DNA of 33,225 bases from contig CAZWGK010000002.1 in NCBI GenBank assembly GCA_964633685.1, positions 1 through 33,225 on the forward strand, in the 5' to 3' direction. The notes under the pieces are model-generated. The model was not told the DNA's origin, searched no databases, and saw only the letters and a program-made list of their open reading frames with translations. Numbering within the stretch: position 1 is the stretch's first letter; every line of letters begins with the position of its first letter. The stretch is from an uncultured Bdellovibrionales bacterium (GTDB lineage Bacteria > Bdellovibrionota_C > UBA2361 > J135). The translations under genes were made by a program, and so were the position numbers. Positions 1 to 7,111 of this stretch are shown here, one piece after another.

Positions 1-259
1 CCAATCCTATTTCCTTATAAACCTGCCTGAACACCTCTACTCCAATTACAATTGATCCATCTTTCATCATGCCGTGTATTAATCGATTAGGATCTGTAGA
101 AATTCCGAAATCTTTCGGGTTAAACGACGCAGAGGTGGTATCGATAAATCTTATTTTATTATTTTTATCTCTGCTACGAATCATGCGAACTTCGCGCGAG
201 CACATTGGACAAGCACCATCAAAAAACATAGTGAAATTATAATTGCTATCTGTAGTCAT
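1..259 (-). CDS. DCC-family (DUF393) thiol-disulfide oxidoreductase, C-terminus cut by window edge
   Basis: Minus-strand ATG at 259-257. My own translation reads MTTDSNYNFTMFFDGACPMCSREVRMIRSRDKNNKIRFIDT..., with the CxxC (CPMC) placement typical of DCC/DUF393 proteins. This ORF is not in the supplied track because it runs off the window. Confidence 0.65.
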   Translation of the reverse strand, partial: MTTDSNYNFTMFFDGACPMCSREVRMIRSRDKNNKIRFIDTTSASFNPKDFGISTDPNRLIHGMMKDGSIVIGVEVFRQVYKEIGL

Positions 260-370
260 AACATTATTTTAACATGCCTAACTCTAGAGATAAATCTCGG
301 TGATAAATCGGTGACATGAAAAGAGTTTTGATAGAGAGTAATCAATTAAAAAACCTTAGAAAGAGGTGTC

Positions 371-420
371 GGGCGGAAAGTAAACAGAGCGAGTTGCCTA
401 CCTTGCCTACATTTCCGCCC
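371..420 (-). terminator. Long-loop stem-loop (GGGCGGAAA / TTTCCGCCC) downstream of the small ORF; possible terminator or RNA element
   Basis: Perfect 9-bp GC-rich arms at 371-379 and 412-420 with a 32-nt loop. It lies just after the minus-strand stop at 428. The T-run on the minus strand (349-354) is 17 nt away, so this is not a canonical intrinsic terminator. Confidence 0.3.
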
Positions 421-427
421 TAAATTT

Positions 428-697
428 CTACAAGAAGCTTTCTTGGAAGAATTCGACTGATCGGTGAGAGGCAAGAAGATATGGAGAACCATTTCCCTCG
501 CCTTCTCGAACCCAGGCCGAAAATCCCATCTCCTTAAGCATATCTCGAATTGAGAACAGCTCGTACACGACCATCGATTTCGGCAAATCGTCCTCACCCC
601 TCAGGAAGAGAAAACCATCTGCGGCGCCTCTTCCTTCCGGAACAACTCCTGAATACCGAAACCCCTCGATTCTGACGCTTACCTTCACTTGCGGCAT
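428..697 (-). CDS. Hypothetical 89-aa protein (no family recognised)
   Basis: AGGAGG lies 5 nt upstream of the ATG on the minus strand, and codons are purine-first (RNY-like). The region is locally GC-rich and a second ORF overlaps in another frame, so a structured RNA cannot be excluded. Confidence 0.4.
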   Translation of the reverse strand: MPQVKVSVRIEGFRYSGVVPEGRGAADGFLFLRGEDDLPKSMVVYELFSIRDMLKEMGFSAWVREGEGNGSPYLLASHRSVEFFQESFL

Positions 698-740
698 GGA
701 ACCCTCCTAAAACCTCCAATTTGGGACCACCCCAAATACC

Positions 741-783
741 AGGCTTTCCTTGAGTCCAATCGAATTAGACTCAGAGAAAGCCT
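741..783 (-). other. Compound stem-loop between the 932-1207 gene and the small ORF; weak terminator or leader structure
   Basis: AGGCTTTC (741-748) pairs with GAAAGCCT (776-783), and inner GAGTC (752-756) pairs with GACTC (768-772). On the minus strand it is followed only by GGTATTTGGGG, a weak U tract. An adjacent 7-bp hairpin ATTTGGG/CCCAAAT lies at 719-737. Confidence 0.3.
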
Positions 784-931
784 GAAAAAAATTTATGATT
801 ACTCTCTGGTCAGGCAACACCTTTGGTTAGACCTCAACAGAGAGTTTTATAAAAACTACCGAAATTAGAATAAAAAGAGCCCCACCAAAATTACACAAAT
901 CAATTCAAAATCGGTAGAAGATCTTTTATAA

Positions 932-1207
932 TCACACCTCACCGAGATCACCCTCTGACTCGATCTTCTCATCTTCGTAAGGAGCAGTCTTTCTTCTATA
1001 AAACTCCTCAACTATACAATTGAGAACCCCAACTACTTCGTTGTGCTGGGCGTATCTTAATCTCTCTCCGTATACCTTATGGATTAAGAGGCTCACTACG
1101 TAATTAATATGCCCTGGTCTCTCCATCGGGTCTTGAGGAATCAATTTCGATAGCTCATTTAAAATATTCTGATACTTAGCTCTATCGCTCTTTTTGATGT
1201 ATGGCAT
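932..1207 (-). CDS. Small conserved hypothetical protein of a type common in phages and prophages (MPYIKK... EFYRR..APYEDEKI)
   Basis: The ORF is open to 1225 (TTG), but the ATG at 1207 gives the MPYIKKSDR N-terminus I recall for this family. The C-terminal motif is EEFYRRKTAPYEDEKIESEGD. Confidence 0.55.
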   Translation of the reverse strand: MPYIKKSDRAKYQNILNELSKLIPQDPMERPGHINYVVSLLIHKVYGERLRYAQHNEVVGVLNCIVEEFYRRKTAPYEDEKIESEGDLGEV

Positions 1208-1350
1208 AAAACTGACTACTTCCAATAAGTTAAGATATTTTAGGCGAATGATACCACTTAATTAGGGATTGAGAATAAAATTATCAGCAGGAGCACTAAC
1301 ATAATTACCTATGTTTTTATTATAAAATTATCAATCTTTAGTCTTATTTC

Positions 1351-1378
1351 TTGCATCTTAGTATTAATTTGATAATAT
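1351..1378 (+). promoter_or_regulatory. Candidate sigma70-type promoter for the glutamine synthetase gene
   Basis: TTGCAT (1351-1356), a 16-nt spacer, then TAATAT (1373-1378). AGGAG at 1402-1406 sits 5 nt before the ATG at 1412. Confidence 0.3.
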
Positions 1379-1411
1379 TTAATATATAGACTCAAATTTT
1401 TAGGAGCCCTT

Positions 1412-2854
1412 ATGGAAGATTCAGGTTTAAAATCATTCTTAAAGATACCTTACGATGAACTGGAGATTTTAAACCTAAAAGCCAAAGAGAAGGCCTTAAA
1501 AAGGGCAGACCCCTCTGAACTAAAAGACCATTATTTATCGTACCTCGCCAAAACCCCAACCATCAAAGCAGTGACCGTATGCTTCTCTGACCTCGAGGGG
1601 CGCTTTCACATGTTGGATTATGACAAAAAATTTCTTCTAGATTCTTACGATAACCTTACGTTCGACGGCTCCTCAATCAGGGGCTTTAGCGTGGTAAGGG
1701 AATCAGATCTTAGGTTAGAGCTCGATTGGTCATCATTCAGATGGATGCCCTCAGATATTGTGGGACCAGGGAAGGTTATCGTCTTTGCCTTAATTAAAGA
1801 CAAAGACGGATCGAGCTACACCTCTGACTTTAGAGGACGATTAAAAGATCTAACCACTCAACTCTGGGAGAAGGAGAAAATCACAGCCAACATAGCGGTT
1901 GAAATTGAGGGATTTCTATTTGAAGGTGTCAACTCTGAACAAACCTTCAACTCTAAAGATGGGTTTCAATTCGTATCTAGTGGTGGGTATTACCACTCTC
2001 TGCCTAAAGATAAATTACGCTTATTTATTGACTCTTTTGCAGAGGCCCAAAGAGCTATGGGGTTTGAAAATGAGAAGGATCACCCAGAGGTGGCTCCCTC
2101 TCAATTTGAGTTAAATTATAAATATTGTGATGCACTAGTGGCCGCTGACCAGATTCAGATTTACAAACTTCTGGCTCGGCAAATTGCCAATAGCATGGGC
2201 ACCACTGCATGTTTTCTTCCAAAACCAGTTACCGGAATCAACGGTAGCGGAATGCACACGAACATGTCCATCTCGAAGAGCGGAAAGAATCTGTTCTATG
2301 ACCGATCTGGTCAAGATGGGCTTTCTCAATATGCCTGGGGATTTGTAGACAGATTACTCAACAACGCAAATGACATCTGTCTCATAATGAATCCGAGCGT
2401 CAACGCATATCGTCGATTAGATCCAAATTACGAAGCGCCGAATCAAATAAAATCTTCGGCGGTAGATCGCACATCAATGATTCGCGTGCCATTAGCGAAT
2501 GAAAAATCAGCAAGACTAGAGGTTAGAACGGTCGCTCCTGATTGCAACCCCTACCTCCTATTCTACACCTTGTTAAAAATAGGCATGGAAGGTCCAATCA
2601 CTGAATCTCTCGATTCAGAAAGTCGCCGAACTAGGACTCGATTCTTGCCATCAAATATCCATGATGCAATTAGGCACATGAAGGGTAGCGATACTGTAAA
2701 AGAGCTCCTGAGCGAAGCGGTTCATGAAAAATTTGTTGAACTGAAGCAAGCCGCGGCAGATAGGTGTCCTAAAGAGTTAGGTAACACTGTCAAAACCGAG
2801 GAAATACTGTATCATCACGAGGTAACGAATCAGCATATCTGGAAGAAATTCTAG
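1412..2854 (+). CDS. glnA: Glutamine synthetase family protein (GlnA-like)
   Basis: GS motifs are present: DGSSIRGF, EIEGFLFEG, HPEVAPSQFELNY and NGSGMHTNMS. Length is 480 aa with an N-terminal extension of about 50 aa. Confidence 0.85.
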   Translation: MEDSGLKSFLKIPYDELEILNLKAKEKALKRADPSELKDHYLSYLAKTPTIKAVTVCFSDLEGRFHMLDYDKKFLLDSYDNLTFDGSSIRGFSVVRESDLRLELDWSSFRWMPSDIVGPGKVIVFALIKDKDGSSYTSDFRGRLKDLTTQLWEKEKITANIAVEIEGFLFEGVNSEQTFNSKDGFQFVSSGGYYHSLPKDKLRLFIDSFAEAQRAMGFENEKDHPEVAPSQFELNYKYCDALVAADQIQIYKLLARQIANSMGTTACFLPKPVTGINGSGMHTNMSISKSGKNLFYDRSGQDGLSQYAWGFVDRLLNNANDICLIMNPSVNAYRRLDPNYEAPNQIKSSAVDRTSMIRVPLANEKSARLEVRTVAPDCNPYLLFYTLLKIGMEGPITESLDSESRRTRTRFLPSNIHDAIRHMKGSDTVKELLSEAVHEKFVELKQAAADRCPKELGNTVKTEEILYHHEVTNQHIWKKF

Positions 2855-2884
2855 ATAGATCTGATTACCTCTTGAGGTATATTT

Positions 2885-3499
2885 TTGAAAACTATTTTAT
2901 CGGTTGCTTTTTTAGCTGCACTAAGTGCGTGTGCTCCAAGGGGCTTAGTAGATATTGGGCATAAAGATAGCCCACCATCTTTAAAGTCGCCTGAGGAGAT
3001 TGCTTACGAACAAGCCTTGCGAGCTGCAAATGCCCTGGGCCCCAACCACAAAATTTTAGAGGAGCTAGTTGGTGCCTGGGATTTGGATATTAGTCTTTGG
3101 TCTGACCCCTCGAATCCACCCCAAAAGCACACAGGTTATGAAGTAGTGGAGCCGATCTTTGCTGGAAGATTTGTAAGATCTAAATCTACCCTACAAATAA
3201 ATCATCAAACTCACATCTCAGAGACAACTTTAGGATTTGATAATTTTCGAGAGGCATTCCTAAGTTTTTCGATCGAATCTGATTCAAATCAGATTATTCA
3301 TAGCCGAGGAACCCTTCGGCCCGATGGTAAAAATGTCGATTTTATGGCTGTAACGACTGACGCCGTTAGTCGCATTCAATACCGAATAGTCTCCCAAATT
3401 TCACTGATAAATAAAAATAAAAGAACTCTAACCGTTTGGGAGATCTTCCCCACAGGAGAAAAAGTAAAGACTATGTTCATTGTTTACAACCGCACTTGA
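2885..3499 (+). CDS. Putative lipoprotein
   Basis: TTG start. The signal peptide MKTILSVAFLAALSAC carries the lipobox L-S-A-C. No catalytic motif recognised. Confidence 0.55.
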   Translation: MKTILSVAFLAALSACAPRGLVDIGHKDSPPSLKSPEEIAYEQALRAANALGPNHKILEELVGAWDLDISLWSDPSNPPQKHTGYEVVEPIFAGRFVRSKSTLQINHQTHISETTLGFDNFREAFLSFSIESDSNQIIHSRGTLRPDGKNVDFMAVTTDAVSRIQYRIVSQISLINKNKRTLTVWEIFPTGEKVKTMFIVYNRT

Positions 3500-3517
3500 A
3501 AATAACGGAAGAAAATA

Positions 3518-4948
3518 ATGAGTTCGGGAACCAGCGATTCCAAACCAGTTTTGTGCGTTGACCTGGATGGCTCGCTAATCAAAACAGATTTTCTACTTGA
3601 GGGACTAAGTTATATAATCACAAAAAAGCCGTGGCTCCTTCCACTTATTCCGCTCTGGCTTCTCAAAGGTAGGGCTCATTTAAAACTAAAACTTTCTCAG
3701 ACTGCCAAAATAAATGTTGAAACTCTGCCGTATAACACCCAAGTACTTGATTACATAAATCATGGGAAAAGCTCAGGCCAAAAAATAGCTTTAACAACAG
3801 CGACCAATACCACCCAAGCAAATTTAGTTGCAGCGTATCTTGGTGTATTTGATGAAGTCATCGCCTCTGAGGCCGACACAAACCTTGTTGGAGCTAAAAA
3901 ACTCTCAGCAATAAAAGCAAAATTCCCCCTATTTGATTATATTGGAAATGAAAAGCGAGACAGAAAGATATGGAGAGAGGCGGAAAATTCTATTATTGTA
4001 GCGAACAGTGAATCCCAAGCCGAAAAAATCGGCGGTGATATAAAATTTTTTAAAGTAATAGTTAACCCCGTGCTCAAGTTAAAAAGTATCTCAAAGGCTC
4101 TTAGGACCCATCAATGGGTTAAGAACATTCTATTATTTGTCCCCCTTTTCTTGGCCCATCGTTGGAACGAATCAGAGCTCGTTTTAAAATCAATTTTTGC
4201 GTTCTTCTCGTTCTCATTCTGCGCTTCGGCATTTTATATTTTCAATGATCTCTCTGATCTCGAATCGGACCGATCTAATCCAACTAAAAAGAGTCGACCC
4301 TTCGCATCAGGGGAGCTCTCGATAGGGTTTGGCATAATCATGATGCCTATTCTAATAGCGATTAGTTTAGCTTTAGATTTCCAAGCCGATTCCAGCTTTT
4401 TTAATGTCCTTCTGGTCTATGCAGCCTTAACCTCGCTCTATTCTGCATATTTAAAAAAAATCGCAGTACTTGATGCTGTTGTTTTGGCCTCGTTCTATGC
4501 ACTTCGCTTGTTCGCGGGCTCTCTCGCTATCTCGGTGCCCATCTCGGAGTGGCTATTAGCATTCTCAATGTTTCTATTTCTATCTCTAGCTTTTGCTAAG
4601 CGGTTTTCTGAACTTCACTCCCTAAAAGGTCGAAATGAAGAGAAAGCCAGGGGGCGTGGCTATGTTGCCTCTGACTTAGAGCAAGTGGCCCAGTTGGGAT
4701 CTTCGAGTGGTTATATATCGGCCCTAGTAATGGCTCTATATATCTCGAGTGAAGAGGTAAAAAAACTATATAGTAACCCTGAAATATTATGGATTATTTG
4801 CCCGATATTACTTTACTGGGTAGGGCGAATCTGGATACTAGCTCACAGAGGGCACCTCCATGAAGATCCTATTGTCTTTGCGCTTAAAGACAAAACTAGT
4901 TATCTGGTCGGATTTTTGGCAATACTCGCCTCTATTTTAGCAATTTAG
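3518..4948 (+). CDS. Fusion of an N-terminal HAD-like phosphatase domain and a UbiA-family polyprenyl-phosphate phosphoribosyltransferase (Rv3806c-like)
   Basis: HAD motif I is CVDLDGSLIKTD, followed by ALTTATN and GNEKRD. The C-terminal multi-TM domain carries NDLSDLESDRSNPTKKSRPFASG, which matches the NDxxDxxxDRxHPxKxxRPxAxG motif of decaprenyl-phosphate 5-phosphoribosyltransferase. Confidence 0.8.
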   Translation: MSSGTSDSKPVLCVDLDGSLIKTDFLLEGLSYIITKKPWLLPLIPLWLLKGRAHLKLKLSQTAKINVETLPYNTQVLDYINHGKSSGQKIALTTATNTTQANLVAAYLGVFDEVIASEADTNLVGAKKLSAIKAKFPLFDYIGNEKRDRKIWREAENSIIVANSESQAEKIGGDIKFFKVIVNPVLKLKSISKALRTHQWVKNILLFVPLFLAHRWNESELVLKSIFAFFSFSFCASAFYIFNDLSDLESDRSNPTKKSRPFASGELSIGFGIIMMPILIAISLALDFQADSSFFNVLLVYAALTSLYSAYLKKIAVLDAVVLASFYALRLFAGSLAISVPISEWLLAFSMFLFLSLAFAKRFSELHSLKGRNEEKARGRGYVASDLEQVAQLGSSSGYISALVMALYISSEEVKKLYSNPEILWIICPILLYWVGRIWILAHRGHLHEDPIVFALKDKTSYLVGFLAILASILAI

Positions 4949-4957
4949 AGAGCACAA

Positions 4958-6265
4958 ATGTTAGAGTCTTGGGGCCGATATCCTAAATCTGAAGCTTCCG
5001 AAATTCTATCGATCGCATGGAAATCTGATTCCATTCCACAAACAGACAAGCAAATCCTCCCTTATGGACAAGGACGAAGTTATGGCGATGTTTGCCTTAA
5101 TGACCATGCAGCTCTTCTAGTTACTAAATCATTAAATAAGTTTATTTTGTTTGATAAGACATCTGGTATCTTGAGGTGCGAAGCCGGTGTTACGATTGCG
5201 GAGATCTTAAAAGTCTGCGCTCCAAATGGCTGGTTTATTCCAGTAACTCCCGGGACAAAATTTGTTTCGATTGGAGGAGCGATTGCAAATGACGTGCACG
5301 GTAAAAACCACCACATAGCCGGTACGTTTGGATGTCACGTTAAATGTTTTGAGCTCCTAAGGTCTGATGGCTCAAGGTTAACGTGCTCATCGTCAACCAA
5401 TTCAGAGTATTTTAATGCTACCATCGGCGGAATGGGATTAACTGGATTAATTACTTGGGCGGAAATACAGCTTAAACCAATTAAAGGGCCATATATTGAG
5501 GAAGAATCAATAAAGTTTCGTGGCTTGGGTGAGTTTTTCGATATTTCTAAAGCTACCGATTCAGCCCATGAATATACGGTCGCTTGGCTCGACTGTGTTG
5601 CATCTGGATCTAACTTTGCACGTGGTATTTTCATGCGCGGACGTCACTCCACTCAATCCGCGGAGCCTTCTAAATACTTTAGAGAATCAAAATTCCAAGT
5701 ACCATTCAACTTTCCATCTTGGGCCCTCAACAATCTCTCCGTAAAAGCATTTAATTTTCTCTATTACAATAAGCAACTCGATAAAGTACGAAACCATACA
5801 GTTCACTACGAACCATTTTTTTATCCTTTAGATTCAGTCCTAAACTGGAATCGAATCTACGGCCAATCAGGATTCTTGCAATTTCAGTGCGCAATTCCTA
5901 ATCAGGATCGCTCCGGAGAGAAAGCGATTGAGATTATACTAAAAGAGATCGTTAAAGATGGTAGTGCTTCATTCTTGGCCGTCCTTAAAGAATTTGGTGA
6001 TATAAAATCTCCAGGAATCATGTCGTTTCCTCAACCTGGAATCACTTTGTGCCTTGATTTTTCATTCCGCGGTAATAGAACAATTAAATTAATGGAAAGG
6101 CTTTACGCAATTGTGATTGAACATAGCGGCCGAATTTATCCAGCTAAAGACAGCTGCATGTCTCCTGAGATTTTCAGGAAATCATTCCCCAACTTGGAAG
6201 AATTCACACCGTATATGGACCCTAAGTTTTCTTCCCAATTTTGGCGGCGCGCCTATCGGAGTTAA
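4958..6265 (+). CDS. FAD-linked oxidase, DprE1-like (polyprenylphosphoryl-beta-D-ribofuranose 2-oxidase)
   Basis: 435 aa. The N-terminal W-G-R-Y-P and GQGRSYGD segment and the GGAIANDVHGKNHH FAD-binding region resemble DprE1. The gene sits between the UbiA and SDR genes. Confidence 0.75.
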   Translation: MLESWGRYPKSEASEILSIAWKSDSIPQTDKQILPYGQGRSYGDVCLNDHAALLVTKSLNKFILFDKTSGILRCEAGVTIAEILKVCAPNGWFIPVTPGTKFVSIGGAIANDVHGKNHHIAGTFGCHVKCFELLRSDGSRLTCSSSTNSEYFNATIGGMGLTGLITWAEIQLKPIKGPYIEEESIKFRGLGEFFDISKATDSAHEYTVAWLDCVASGSNFARGIFMRGRHSTQSAEPSKYFRESKFQVPFNFPSWALNNLSVKAFNFLYYNKQLDKVRNHTVHYEPFFYPLDSVLNWNRIYGQSGFLQFQCAIPNQDRSGEKAIEIILKEIVKDGSASFLAVLKEFGDIKSPGIMSFPQPGITLCLDFSFRGNRTIKLMERLYAIVIEHSGRIYPAKDSCMSPEIFRKSFPNLEEFTPYMDPKFSSQFWRRAYRS

Positions 6266-6267
6266 TT

Positions 6268-7008
6268 ATGAACGAAAAGATAGTAATTTTTGGTGGCACC
6301 TCAGCAATTGCCATGGAATCTGCAAAAATCTGGGCTGGGCAAGGTGCTAACATCTGCTTAGTAGCAAGATCATCAGATAAACTAAGTGTGGTCGCTGCAG
6401 ATTTAAAGTCAAGAGGAGCGCGAGAGGTAATCACCATCACCGCTGATTTAAGTGACATTGCTTCACATCCAAATCTAATGCGCTCAATCGAGAGTCAATT
6501 TAATGATTTTGATACTGTCCTAATCGCCTATGGCACACTTGGAGATCAGAAAATGTGCCAGCAGGATTTTATAAACGCCGCTCAGGAGATTAATACAAAC
6601 TTTACCAGTGCTGTCTCGATCTTAACTTTTATAAGCAACTACTTTGAAAAACGTGGTGCAGGCTCAATCGGGGTCATAACATCGGTAGCGGGGGATCGAG
6701 GAAGAAAGAGTAATTACATATATGGAACAGCTAAAGGGGCACTTTCAATCTATCTTCAAGGTTTACGCAACAGATTTGGAAAAACAAACATATCAGTAAC
6801 AGATATTAAACCTGGCTTTACTGATACCCCAATGACTGCAAATTTTAAAAAGGGCCCACTATTTGTTGGTCCTGGGGTTGTTGGTAAGGGGATAGTCTCA
6901 GCTCTCGCAAAAAAAAGGGACACTGCTTACCTTCCATGTTTCTGGCGCTACATTATGCTCATCATAAAGCATATACCCGAGTTCATATTTAAAAAGATGA
7001 GTCTTTAG
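6268..7008 (+). CDS. Short-chain dehydrogenase/reductase, DprE2-like
   Basis: MNEKIVIFGGTSAIA is the Rossmann motif and YGTAK is the catalytic YxxxK. The ATG at 6268 lies 2 nt after the upstream stop and is preferred over the track start at 6241, which overlaps the upstream gene. Confidence 0.8.
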   Translation: MNEKIVIFGGTSAIAMESAKIWAGQGANICLVARSSDKLSVVAADLKSRGAREVITITADLSDIASHPNLMRSIESQFNDFDTVLIAYGTLGDQKMCQQDFINAAQEINTNFTSAVSILTFISNYFEKRGAGSIGVITSVAGDRGRKSNYIYGTAKGALSIYLQGLRNRFGKTNISVTDIKPGFTDTPMTANFKKGPLFVGPGVVGKGIVSALAKKRDTAYLPCFWRYIMLIIKHIPEFIFKKMSL

Positions 7009-7111
7009 GAATATTTCTTAAATAACAAAAGGTTCTGGCCCAACGACCCCAAACTAAAGTATTAGCCTCAATCTCCCGATTCTGAGAAGGCGCACAATAT
7101 TGGGGGATCAG

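Noticed and set aside
346-597. 83-aa minus-strand ORF (MRTICRNRWSCTSCSQ...)
   Set aside because: It overlaps the 428-697 ORF in another frame. It has no SD, and its Cys/Arg/Ser-rich composition is typical of an out-of-frame read of a GC-rich stretch.
340-800. tmRNA, RNase P RNA or SRP RNA gene
   Set aside because: No GGAAAGUCC-type P4 element. No tRNA-like acceptor or T-arm ending in CCA. No tag-peptide reading frame. The only resemblance is a partial match to the SRP domain IV GGAA-loop region, which lacks the conserved AGCA. The region is kept only as an open question in the findings.
6241-6267. Upstream ATG start for the SDR (MAARLSELI...)
   Set aside because: It overlaps the end of the DprE1-like gene. 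The ATG at 6268 gives the standard SDR N-terminus directly before the GGTSAIA Rossmann motif.
7100-7111. TTG start for the secreted protein
   Set aside because: The ATG at 7112 is preceded by GGGGGA at the proper spacing and yields a canonical signal peptide.
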